53,673 nt of DNA from Candidatus Levyibacteriota bacterium (GCA_018062815.1 JAGORM010000004.1:1-53673), one strand, 5' to 3'; numbered from the stretch's first letter, positions 45,970 to 53,673 are shown. A program made the numbers and translations. Notes: generated by a model not told the origin, from the letters alone.

Positions 45970-46281
45970 TTAATATGTAGGAATGTCTATTTCTCCGATG
46001 TCTTTTCCGTTTACCGAAATCTGTAAACCAAATGCGAAAGCGTTGGCTATAGCTGCTCCAACCCGTAAACCCGTAAATGATCCAGGACCTGTTACAAATT
46101 GCATAGCTTTAATATCTTTTATGGTAAGTGCATTTTCCCTAAGTAGTGTATCTAACAACTCAACAACGTTCTGATCTCCTGAAAATTCTCGCTCTTTTCT
46201 AAGAATCTTACTACTGCCGTTCATCTGAAGAGTGATTTCAGTCAACCTGCCTTGAGATGTGTCAATTTTTATTGTATTCAT
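45970..46281 (-). CDS. tsaB: Miniature TsaB (t6A biosynthesis), about 103 aa
   Basis: FVTGPGSFTGLRVGAAIANAFAFGL is the YeaZ/TsaB signature. The start at ATG 46281 forms an ATGA overlap with the tsaC stop. Only 62 nt follow before the next gene. Confidence 0.7.
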   Translation of the reverse strand: MNTIKIDTSQGRLTEITLQMNGSSKILRKEREFSGDQNVVELLDTLLRENALTIKDIKAMQFVTGPGSFTGLRVGAAIANAFAFGLQISVNGKDIGEIDIPTY

Positions 46282-46853
46282 ATTTTTATCGCAATTGCCC
46301 CTTCCCGAATTATCTTCCAAGGACTGACTGTGGTATCAACAATAGTCGACTCCTTTTTATATGTACATTCACCGTCAAGAACCATATCTGCCTGCCTTTT
46401 AATGTCTTCATCTACGCTACCTGCATTATAAGGTGTTTCTTTACCTGATTTATTTGCAGATGTCGCAATTATTGGAACACCTACGGCATGTATCATCTCC
46501 TGCAGAGTTTTATCTTTTGGCAATCTGACTGCCAATATATCTGTTTTTGCAGTCACTATATCTGGAACTTTATTTTTCTTCGTTCTGAAAAACACAGTAA
46601 GCCCTCCCGGCCAATAAAAATCTAAAAGCTTTCGTCTTACATCATCAGGAATTTCAACATAAGCTTCAGCCATTTTTATGCTGTCTACTAATACAAGAAG
46701 TGGGTTTCCCTTTAAACGTTCTTTTATTTTAAAAATTCGATCCACAGCGTATACATTATCCATCCTACATCCGATACCGTACGCTGTATCTGTTGGGAAG
46801 ACAACAACTCCTCCATTCCTTATTGTATTTATTGCATTTTGAATACTAAACAT
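46278..46853 (-). CDS. tsaC: L-threonylcarbamoyladenylate synthase (YrdC/Sua5 family, short form)
   Basis: GGVVVFPTDTAYGIGC, LTVFF-type motif, and PIIATSANKSG. Confidence 0.88.
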   Translation of the reverse strand: MFSIQNAINTIRNGGVVVFPTDTAYGIGCRMDNVYAVDRIFKIKERLKGNPLLVLVDSIKMAEAYVEIPDDVRRKLLDFYWPGGLTVFFRTKKNKVPDIVTAKTDILAVRLPKDKTLQEMIHAVGVPIIATSANKSGKETPYNAGSVDEDIKRQADMVLDGECTYKKESTIVDTTVSPWKIIREGAIAIKI

Positions 46854-47295
46854 ATTCGAGTATATTAAATGTACGAGTATTATCTCTATTCATTTCTATT
46901 TTTACTTCCCATCTTTTTTCAGGAAGTTTTTTAACTTTCTCCGGCCATTCAATAATAACTATAGCCTCTGAATCTAAAAAATTTTCATCAATTCCAACCC
47001 CGGATAACTTTTCATCATCTTCTATCCTATATAAATCAAAATGATATATTCTTTTTATCCCTTTTTTGTTTTCTGTCACGTGCGTTCTCATGATCACAAA
47101 TGTGGGAGATACAACTCTTTTACTCACTCCCAAACCCTTCATGACGCCTTTTATAAATGTTGTTTTTCCGTAGCCTAAATTCCCGTATAATAAAATCGTA
47201 TCACTCGCCTTTAGATATGATGAGAATTTCTCTCCTAAAAACTGTGTCTCTTTATCTGATTTTGTAATATATTTTTTCTGCATTTGGTTTACCAT
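46846..47295 (-). CDS. tsaE: t6A ATPase TsaE
   Basis: P-loop GNLGYGKTTFIKG, SPTF and HFDLYR. The start at ATG 47295 lies one nt after the TAG stop of the upstream gene. Confidence 0.85.
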   Translation of the reverse strand: MVNQMQKKYITKSDKETQFLGEKFSSYLKASDTILLYGNLGYGKTTFIKGVMKGLGVSKRVVSPTFVIMRTHVTENKKGIKRIYHFDLYRIEDDEKLSGVGIDENFLDSEAIVIIEWPEKVKKLPEKRWEVKIEMNRDNTRTFNILEYV

Positions 47296-47296
47296 C

Positions 47297-48127
47297 CTAT
47301 AATTCTTCATTTTTTTGCTTCTTCCACTCGCGGAAAAGAAGTATACCACACGCAATAACTAAAATGCTAAGCCCGCAAATAACATAAAAAACTGGGGGAA
47401 GCATAAAGCTTGCACCCTCTCCCTTAAAACCCGTCCTAACAACTGGCGAATTACCCCCTTCCGTAGCACTTCCCAAAACTGAGGAGCTTGGGACTTCTGT
47501 TGCCACTCTTGTTACCGTTTTTGTAGGCGATATATTCTTAGATTGTTTTGTCTGTGAGGATAAAGTCGTTTGCGGTTGGATTGTAGTCGGTGTAGATGTT
47601 GGAGGCAAAGTTGGCATACGCGTTGGCGTTGGAGTTGGGGTAAATGTAGGTATAGGAGTTGGAGTTGAGGTCGGAATACTTATTGTCACAGATAAACTGT
47701 TCTGCTCATCAAATGAAGAACTGCCACCACCGGTATATCTTTGCACCTTGAAGTTATAAGCTCCACTGCTCTGACATCCTGCATCTGCTGAGTCAATTTT
47801 TGCCTTAAGTTGCCCTGACCAGCTACCCTGATATACGGTTATAGGAAGCAATTGCCCAAATCCGTTGCCAGAATATGGCCCATTGTACCAACTGTTCCCA
47901 TTCCATGTATACCCACAGTAATTTGAGGTTCCTTCTTTAAAAAATACACCACGTAAATAATAGCTTGTCCCATCTGACGCATTTATATTAAAACCTACAT
48001 TCACAACAAATTCATCAGATAGAGAAAGACTTGTTTGCTGAGAAGATAATGCTAGGTTGGACGCAAAAACCGAAGAAGGGAAAAATATATATGCTACGAC
48101 AAAAAAAAGTGCCAAATGGCGAATCAT
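47297..48127 (-). CDS. Cell-surface protein: signal peptide, beta-rich domain, Pro/Thr linker, C-terminal TM anchor
   Basis: MIRHLALFFVVAYIFFPSSVFA is the signal peptide. The linker is PTSTPTPIPTFTPTPTPTRMPTLPPTSTPTT. The C-terminal TM plus basic tail is VICGLSILVIACGILLFREWKKQK. ATG 48127 lies one nt after the upstream TAG. Confidence 0.55.
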   Translation of the reverse strand: MIRHLALFFVVAYIFFPSSVFASNLALSSQQTSLSLSDEFVVNVGFNINASDGTSYYLRGVFFKEGTSNYCGYTWNGNSWYNGPYSGNGFGQLLPITVYQGSWSGQLKAKIDSADAGCQSSGAYNFKVQRYTGGGSSSFDEQNSLSVTISIPTSTPTPIPTFTPTPTPTRMPTLPPTSTPTTIQPQTTLSSQTKQSKNISPTKTVTRVATEVPSSSVLGSATEGGNSPVVRTGFKGEGASFMLPPVFYVICGLSILVIACGILLFREWKKQKNEEL

Positions 48128-48128
48128 A

Positions 48129-49385
48129 CTAAAATACAACTTTATTTATCTCAAATATGCTACCAACTGAATAGTGATCTTGAAATTTAACGTTATTTCC
48201 ATTTGGTAAAAATGGGTCATGCATTACATAATCTCCACCGCTCCCACTTTTCAAAACTACAAAATGCGTTCCTCCATACGCATGTACTCCAACTACCACG
48301 GGATCTCCGCTATTTAACGTTGCATCAATTATTGTACCTACTCTACTTGATGACAATCCGTTCGCAGAAATTTTATACAATAAATATGCGGGGTAGTAAG
48401 AAGCAAAATTACTAGGATTTGAATTGATTGAAATTGGATTTACATCTCTATGTCCATAGTGGGTATATATCATGGCCATAGATGTAACAAGACACCCGTC
48501 GCTTGCGAGCGTATATTGCGTATTATTAAGCGCTAATCCACCCCATTGTGAATCTCGTTGATTATAATAACATCCCCAATCATCACAATTTGTTTGTCCC
48601 GACAACAAAGATGCCCCACCCTGACTCTGAGCAAATCTGGTAAACCCAGCAAGCTGTGCCTGTGCAGCAGAAAGTAATTTTTGATAATTTGCTTCATTCC
48701 CCCGAGTTTCAGTTAAAAGTCTTTGCTTTGCTGTTTTGTCTTCATTCAACTGATCCGTGTATCCTTCAAGCTGCTCTTTTATCTTTTCTTCTTCTTCTCT
48801 TTTTTGCTCCAATACGTCTTTTTCACTTGCATAGTTTTCTTTTGACTCTTGAGCTGCATAGATGGTTTTTTTATCATTTATTTGAACTATTTTAAGATAA
48901 GACAGACGAGTTAAAAAATTTGAAATATTGTTGGATGTTAACAGTACCTGCCACGGATCAATTCTTCCTATTTGGTAGGTAGCATTTACACGCTTTATAA
49001 GCGCTTTAGTTGCCATATTTATATCCTTTTCTAAAGTTGAAATCCGCTTTAATGTTATCTGAACATCTTTCTCTAACTGATCAAGTTGGGCTTCAGCGGA
49101 TTCTATCTTAAGCTCTGTTAACTTAATTTGATTGTCCATTATCCCAATCTGTGAAGAAAGTGTTTTTTCTTGACCTTTCAATTCGTTCAATTTCCCTTGA
49201 TAATCTTTTATTTTGTTTTGAAGATCTGAAATCGTACCGCTATTATCCGGTGTTGGCGTAGGTCCTGAAGTAGGAGAAGGTGTAGGTGTCGGATCCTCAG
49301 CCAAAACAATTCCTGTCCCGTATGAGGAATAATTAATAAGCGCTAAAAAAGCAAAAATGAAGAATACATACTTTAACTTTGCCAT
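48129..49385 (-). CDS. PcsB/CwlO-like coiled-coil protein with C-terminal papain-like (C39-like/CHAP-like) cysteine peptidase domain
   Basis: Signal peptide, a PT-rich stretch and about 200 aa of heptad-rich coiled coil. The C-terminus has YYNQRDSQWG...SDGCLVTSMAMIY...GTHFVVL...HDP (Cys/His). It lies immediately downstream of ftsEX. Confidence 0.7.
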   Translation of the reverse strand: MAKLKYVFFIFAFLALINYSSYGTGIVLAEDPTPTPSPTSGPTPTPDNSGTISDLQNKIKDYQGKLNELKGQEKTLSSQIGIMDNQIKLTELKIESAEAQLDQLEKDVQITLKRISTLEKDINMATKALIKRVNATYQIGRIDPWQVLLTSNNISNFLTRLSYLKIVQINDKKTIYAAQESKENYASEKDVLEQKREEEEKIKEQLEGYTDQLNEDKTAKQRLLTETRGNEANYQKLLSAAQAQLAGFTRFAQSQGGASLLSGQTNCDDWGCYYNQRDSQWGGLALNNTQYTLASDGCLVTSMAMIYTHYGHRDVNPISINSNPSNFASYYPAYLLYKISANGLSSSRVGTIIDATLNSGDPVVVGVHAYGGTHFVVLKSGSGGDYVMHDPFLPNGNNVKFQDHYSVGSIFEINKVVF

Positions 49386-49413
49386 GTTTAATTACAAATG
49401 AAGCATTTATAAT

Positions 49414-50277
49414 CTATTTAAGATACCTTAAAACAGCTACAAAGCTTGCGAACGCACCAAGAAAACAGGCAACCATTATTTCAACACCTAATAAACCCAA
49501 TGCAAGAAAAGGAGATATGGGTAAAATTGGGATGTTTACTAAAAACCCCTCTATCTGCGGAGTGATTATAAGAAGAATTCCATATGAAAAAGCCCATCCT
49601 ACAAGTGCACCAAAAAAACCATACATCATACCCTCCAGTAAAAATGGGGTTCGAATAAACCAATTAGATGCTCCTATGAGCTTCATTATTTCAATCTCTT
49701 CCCTTCTTACTGTAATTTTAATTCCAATTATGGTTAGTATTACAAATAAGGAAACCATAACTAAAATTGAAATTATTGAAACCCCAACAATCCTTAACCC
49801 ATTTGTCCAGGTAACTAATTTATCTACAATATCTTTTTGGTATGATATTCGGTCAATATTTTTTTCTTGTTTGATTAATGGAACCAAAGTTGAAAGATGC
49901 TCTGCCTTTGATGATTGTATATCAAGAGAAGGTGGTAGAATATCCGCGGTAACCAAATCTAGAGTATCAGGATCATTCTTATTTTGTTGTTTATATATTT
50001 GTAACGCTTCCTTTTTTGAAACATATCTTACTGAAATTGTCTTACCTGTCGCCTCAAGTCTTCCCTTAAGACTATTTATTTGATCTATAGTTGCTGCATC
50101 TTGGAAAAAAACCGTCAACTGAGGGCTAGACTCCAAATAATCAATGAGTCGTACTGATAGGATTGTTAAAAATGCGAACACTGATATGGTAAAAAATGTT
50201 AATGTCATAATAAGGGCAGCAGAAATTGACTGATACGGAGAACGTCGCATGTATTTTAAAACTGTTTTAAGATGCAT
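49414..50277 (-). CDS. ftsX: Cell-division ABC transporter permease-like protein FtsX
   Basis: 287 aa. TM1, a large extracytoplasmic loop and 3 C-terminal TM segments, with the RREEIEIMKLIGAS motif. Confidence 0.85.
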   Translation of the reverse strand: MHLKTVLKYMRRSPYQSISAALIMTLTFFTISVFAFLTILSVRLIDYLESSPQLTVFFQDAATIDQINSLKGRLEATGKTISVRYVSKKEALQIYKQQNKNDPDTLDLVTADILPPSLDIQSSKAEHLSTLVPLIKQEKNIDRISYQKDIVDKLVTWTNGLRIVGVSIISILVMVSLFVILTIIGIKITVRREEIEIMKLIGASNWFIRTPFLLEGMMYGFFGALVGWAFSYGILLIITPQIEGFLVNIPILPISPFLALGLLGVEIMVACFLGAFASFVAVLRYLK

Positions 50278-50307
50278 TTTTTTAAAAAGTAAAAAGCAAA
50301 TTATTTG

Positions 50308-51054
50308 CTATTTCCCTTCCTCCTTTTCCTCTTTTTTTTCTGTCTCATCCTTATCCTTTTCTTTTTTTTCTTCTTTTGTATGTGAATGCTTTTTCCCACC
50401 TTTATCCTGAATTATTTTCCCGCCTTTAAGCTCAATCACCCGATCTGATGCCTCTATTAAATTTTCATTATGCGTTGCCATAAATATGGTTGTTCCTTTT
50501 TTATTAATATTTTTCAACAATTCGATAATTTGAAGGGAAGTTTTTGTATCTAAATTCCCTGTGGGTTCATCTGCCAGAAGTATTTCCGGTTGAAAAACTA
50601 ATGCTCTTGCAATTGCGACTCTTTGACGTTCTCCACCTGATAGCTGTAATGGAAACTTTTCTGTACTCTGTCCGAGTCCAACCTCTACAAGCGCTTCTTG
50701 TGCACGAGTTGCAGCCTCAACCTCAGAGACTCCAGAAAATAATAGTGGAAGCATAACGTTCTCCCCAACAGTTCTATCAAATAAAAGTTTTAAGTCCTGA
50801 AAGATAACTCCTACTTTTCGTCTTAAAGTTGGAATCCTTTTTTTGGGAAGTTTTAAAATATCCCATTCTCCAAGCATGATACTTCCTTCGGAAGGTAAAA
50901 GATCTCTTATAATTAACCTAAAGATGGTAGTTTTACCTGATCCGGTCGCTCCTATTAAATAGGCAAATTCACCCTGAGAGATACTAAATGAAACACCCTC
51001 TAGCGCTTCGTCATCGTTACCAAATTTTTTAGATACGTCATTAAAGAAAATCAT
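50308..51054 (-). CDS. ftsE: Cell-division ATP-binding protein FtsE with a Lys/Glu-rich C-terminal tail
   Basis: Walker A GATGSGKTT, signature LSGGERQRVAIARAL and Walker B LLADEPT. The tail is KKHSHTKEEKKEKDKDETEKKEEKEEGK. Confidence 0.9.
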   Translation of the reverse strand: MIFFNDVSKKFGNDDEALEGVSFSISQGEFAYLIGATGSGKTTIFRLIIRDLLPSEGSIMLGEWDILKLPKKRIPTLRRKVGVIFQDLKLLFDRTVGENVMLPLLFSGVSEVEAATRAQEALVEVGLGQSTEKFPLQLSGGERQRVAIARALVFQPEILLADEPTGNLDTKTSLQIIELLKNINKKGTTIFMATHNENLIEASDRVIELKGGKIIQDKGGKKHSHTKEEKKEKDKDETEKKEEKEEGK

Positions 51055-51092
51055 GAGATTAAATGATTATTAAGAAGATGGGGTATATAAGA

Positions 51093-51563
51093 CTATTTTA
51101 TAATTTCCGCTCGTCCTACATCCATTAGCCAACCCGCTTTTTGGGCAGCGTTTGTTTGACCCCATACCTTAATTTTACGACCTACTAACTGTGACAAATC
51201 AAGAACTGATGATGTGAGATATACGTTTTGAGATATTCCACCCGGTCTCTCTAGGTGATATGATCCTTCTCCATCAATTCCTCCTTCTCGTAGTACTCCC
51301 TCTGCATCATTGTTAAATGCTTTTGCATCTGAACCAAAAACAGTTCCTTTGGGTAAATTGGATATGTCCGTATCAGATGTAACGGTAACCACTGATGATT
51401 TTGTTGATAATGATATAAGAAAACCTGTAACAAGACCCAATGCGATTACTAATATAAATACTAGAAAAGACTTTTTTTTCATTGAAGTATTTTTTGTTTT
51501 ATGAGAAGAAGCTCCTTGAACGTTTTTCCCGTCAAAACTGTGAACAATAGACTCTCTCTCCAT
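51093..51563 (-). CDS. Membrane-anchored hypothetical protein
   Basis: 156 aa with a single TM (FLVFILVIALGLVTGFLISL) and a small extracytoplasmic domain. The start may instead be the internal MKKKSF. Confidence 0.45.
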   Translation of the reverse strand: MERESIVHSFDGKNVQGASSHKTKNTSMKKKSFLVFILVIALGLVTGFLISLSTKSSVVTVTSDTDISNLPKGTVFGSDAKAFNNDAEGVLREGGIDGEGSYHLERPGGISQNVYLTSSVLDLSQLVGRKIKVWGQTNAAQKAGWLMDVGRAEIIK

Positions 51564-51658
51564 ACAGTTTAGTAAACCATATTTTTGAAAATATTACAAC
51601 CCCACTCGGAAGCAGATTAACAATTTATAGCCTCCTAAGCTCTCCTTTACGAAGATGC

Positions 51659-52669
51659 TTAAGAGCTTTTTAATTCTGCTTCTATGAAGGTGTCTAAATC
51701 ACCGTCTAAAACTGCAGCTGTATTCCCGGTTTCTATTCCGGTTCTTGTATCTTTTACTAATTGGTATGGATGAAGAACATAATTTCTAATTTGATTTCCC
51801 CAGGATGGTGCCTTATAAATTCCTCTTATTTCTTTTTGCTCTTTAGCCATTTCCTCCTGTTGTCTCACCCATAGTTTTGCTTTGAGCAATTTTAACGCAT
51901 ATTCCCGATTCTGATTCTGGTATCTCTCCTGAGAGCAAGTCACAACCAAACCAGTCGGTTTATGGGTTAATCTAACTGCTGTAGATACCTTATTTACGTT
52001 CTGACCTCCGTGCCCACCTGCCCTAAAGAAATCCCACTCTAATTCATCATCTTTAATATCTACTACTGACTTATCCTCAATCTGAGGCAGGATTTCTACT
52101 AGCGCAAAAGATGTCTGGCGAAGATTTGCGGAGTTGAAAGGTGAAAGTCTAACTAATCTATGAACACCCTGTTCACCCTTTAAATACCCATAAGCAAAAT
52201 CGCCATTTATTTCTGCCACCACTTTTTTTATTCCAGCCTCATCACCCAAAACCATATCTATCTCAACAGTCGAATAACCACGCCTTTCAGCAAATCGAGT
52301 ATACATTCGATAAAGCATTTGAGCCCAATCCATGGCATCTACCCCACCTTGCCCTGCGTGAATAGTCATAATTACATTATTCTTATCGTATGGGCCGGAA
52401 AGATATAAATATGACTCAAGATCCTTTATGAAATGCTCTAACTCTGAATAATGACCAAGGCTTATGAGCATCTCAATTTTTGCTGCATCCGCAATCTCTT
52501 TCTGAAGACCGCCTAATTTTTTCATTTTGTTTGCAGCTGATGTTGAATCTTTCCAAAAATCAGGACTCATACTTTCTGCTTCAATTCCCTGCATTTCTTT
52601 TGTTTTCTCGGAAGTATTTAATTTCTCTAGTATTATTTCTGCCCTTTTTTTCAATTCGTTTTCATCCAT
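51659..52669 (-). CDS. prfB: Peptide chain release factor 2, uninterrupted reading frame
   Basis: SPF tripeptide (RLSPFNS) and GGQ motif ([11 protein letters not shown]). 336 aa in one frame. Confidence 0.92.
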   Translation of the reverse strand: MDENELKKRAEIILEKLNTSEKTKEMQGIEAESMSPDFWKDSTSAANKMKKLGGLQKEIADAAKIEMLISLGHYSELEHFIKDLESYLYLSGPYDKNNVIMTIHAGQGGVDAMDWAQMLYRMYTRFAERRGYSTVEIDMVLGDEAGIKKVVAEINGDFAYGYLKGEQGVHRLVRLSPFNSANLRQTSFALVEILPQIEDKSVVDIKDDELEWDFFRAGGHGGQNVNKVSTAVRLTHKPTGLVVTCSQERYQNQNREYALKLLKAKLWVRQQEEMAKEQKEIRGIYKAPSWGNQIRNYVLHPYQLVKDTRTGIETGNTAAVLDGDLDTFIEAELKSS

Positions 52670-52675
52670 GTCTGC

Positions 52676-52729
52676 ATTGTAACAAAGTGGTTTGATAAAT
52701 GTAAGTTTTATTTGCTTCTGTGTTACAAT
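52676..52729. promoter_or_regulatory. Back-to-back divergent extended -10 promoters, both TGTTACAAT
   Basis: On the minus strand TGTTACAAT (52676..52684) lies 6 nt before the prfB ATG. On the plus strand TGTTACAAT (52721..52729) lies 7 nt before ATG 52737. Confidence 0.5.
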
Positions 52730-52736
52730 GTCTAAA

Positions 52737-53294
52737 ATGGATCACAAACAACTAGAGCTAGATAAAATAGCTTCAGAAATCTTAGAATGTAAGGAGTGCA
52801 AAAAAGACAAGATTGGTAAGGCTGTTGTTGGAGAAGGATCTGCCCATGCATCCATTGTGTTTATTGGAGAAGCTCCTGGAAAAACAGAGGCTGAAACAGG
52901 AAGACCCTTCATAGGCAGATCAGGAAAACTTCTTAGAACTCTTATAACAAATGTGGGGCTTAAAGAAGCTGATGTTTATATTACAAGTCCTGTAAAGTAC
53001 TTACCCACTTATGTCACCCCAAAACCTAAAGATATTATCCATGGAAAAACCCATCTTGATAAGCAACTTAAGGTAATAAATCCTAAATATATTGTTTTGC
53101 TAGGAAATGTGGCCATACAAGGCGTTTTAGGAAAAAAAATTGCAGTAAGCAAAGAGCATGGAACAATTATTGCACAAGAAAATAAATCATACTTTATAAC
53201 AGTACATCCTGCTGCAGCAATTAGATTCCAAAAATTTAAACCAATAATAGAAGGTGATTTTATAAAATTAAAAAACTTGCTTACGAAGGCTTAA
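52737..53294 (+). CDS. Uracil-DNA glycosylase, family 4/5 type
   Basis: [27 protein letters not shown] and VHPAAA motifs. I chose the start at ATG 52737 (MDHKQ...). The TTG at 52692 used by the track would place the promoter inside the gene. Confidence 0.85.
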   Translation: MDHKQLELDKIASEILECKECKKDKIGKAVVGEGSAHASIVFIGEAPGKTEAETGRPFIGRSGKLLRTLITNVGLKEADVYITSPVKYLPTYVTPKPKDIIHGKTHLDKQLKVINPKYIVLLGNVAIQGVLGKKIAVSKEHGTIIAQENKSYFITVHPAAAIRFQKFKPIIEGDFIKLKNLLTKA

Positions 53295-53643
53295 TTGTAC
53301 TCTTCAATTTTTCAGTCTCCTTCATATAACGTTTTTCTATTTTTACAAGCTTGTCACTTATTGCACGTTCTACATCCACACCCGCTACCTCCGCCAATTG
53401 AATTGTGGTAATAATTACGTCGGCAAACTCCTGATAAATATTTGTCTTATTAAAACTATCTAACTTTGCCTTCCTCTGAAGCTTTAATATAGATAATATA
53501 TCATTGCAAAGCTCGCCCACTTCCTCATTTAATTTTACTGTTTTCGTAAGGATTTCCTTTTCTGTTTGCGAATATAACTTGTAGTGTGGACGTGTTTTTT
53601 CTGATAAAAGTTTTATTTTTTCTTGCAACGATTTTATATTCAT
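53281..53643 (-). CDS. MazG-like nucleotide pyrophosphohydrolase (all-alpha NTP-PPase)
   Basis: LNEEVGELCNDIL...EFADVIITTIQLAEVAGVDVERAISDKLVKIEKRY shows the EExxE...D pattern of the MazG family. Confidence 0.75.
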   Translation of the reverse strand: MNIKSLQEKIKLLSEKTRPHYKLYSQTEKEILTKTVKLNEEVGELCNDILSILKLQRKAKLDSFNKTNIYQEFADVIITTIQLAEVAGVDVERAISDKLVKIEKRYMKETEKLKSTIKPS

Positions 53644-53673
53644 ATTTTTCCTTATATCACATTATACACTATC

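Noticed and set aside
46278-46280. Alternative genetic code with UGA read as a sense codon, as in some CPR lineages.
   Set aside because: TGA cleanly terminates tsaC (46278) and the 84-aa ORF (44763) at positions matching normal protein ends. Long conserved genes have no in-frame TGA, and RF2 is encoded.
49379-50083. A 234-aa plus-strand ORF, the longest unexplained ORF in the track.
   Set aside because: It is entirely antisense to the well-supported ftsX gene. Its low-complexity Ile/Ser/Thr-rich translation is typical of antisense frames in AT-rich DNA. It has no promoter or RBS context.
51600-51658. SD-like AAAGGAGAGCTTAGGAGGC just downstream of prfB on the minus strand.
   Set aside because: The only start codons at a suitable distance open 3-9-codon ORFs. 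The 156-aa gene starts about 60 nt further on. There is no supportable feature.
52590-52669. The programmed +1 frameshift site (CTT TGA C) expected near codon 26 of prfB.
   Set aside because: I read the 5' codons directly. The frame is continuous from ATG 52669 through the DFW region with no in-frame TGA, so there is no frameshift element.
1-53673. CRISPR arrays, IS elements, rRNA genes, reverse-transcriptase/DGR or retron modules.
   Set aside because: I saw no regularly spaced direct repeats, no transposase-like or RT-like ORFs and no rRNA-like sequence. The PT-rich repeats at 47560..47680 and 49240..49300 are coding linkers. With no RT or template repeat nearby they are not DGR variable regions.

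Overview
This is a 53.7-kb, AT-rich and very gene-dense bacterial segment. I count about 65 protein genes and one tRNA. I saw no rRNA, CRISPR array, transposase, integrase or phage genes. The standard genetic code applies, because TGA terminates conserved ORFs and RF2 is encoded. The gene style points to a reduced-genome, CPR/Patescibacteria-like organism, but that is inference only: short aminoacyl-tRNA synthetases, a ~100-aa TsaB, an archaeal-type AspRS, many small membrane proteins and DUF families, abutting or overlapping gene ends, and heavy cell-surface glycan machinery.

Layout:
- 1-2396: lon, open-ended at the left edge.
- 2.5-16.3 kb: an accessory-looking block of secreted, membrane and redox proteins. 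It holds an SNase-LTD nuclease, DUF333, DUF2207, HdeD, an Ntn hydrolase, VIT1, NUDIX, a Met-rich peptide with thioredoxin and a DipZ-like gene, an XRE pair, rsgA and tRNA-Gln.
- 16.4-18.8 kb: a TMTC-like GT-C/TPR transferase, a tiny hyper-acidic protein and an orphan OmpR-type winged helix.
- 18.8-35.9 kb: housekeeping genes (gltX, dac, aspS, recJ, cca, yqeY, a cysS-like gene, secDF).
- 36.1-45.9 kb: a ten-gene minus-strand surface-glycan operon.
- 46-53.6 kb: tsaE-tsaC-tsaB, ftsEX with a PcsB-like hydrolase, prfB, a family-4 UDG and a MazG-like gene.

I found no single clearly defined novel system. The observations most worth a second look are:
- a fully framed gene for a 62-aa polyanionic protein that uses only nine amino-acid types;
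- a ~100-nt promoter-to-terminator unit carrying a 14-codon ORF;
- a recurrent architecture in which a -10 element sits 5-9 nt from the start codon, suggesting leaderless mRNAs;
- a CIRCE-like operator on lon;
- a CysRS-like enzyme with MshC-like domain truncation;
- a candidate protein O-mannosylation toolkit.

All product calls come from motif recognition by eye. No searches were run.
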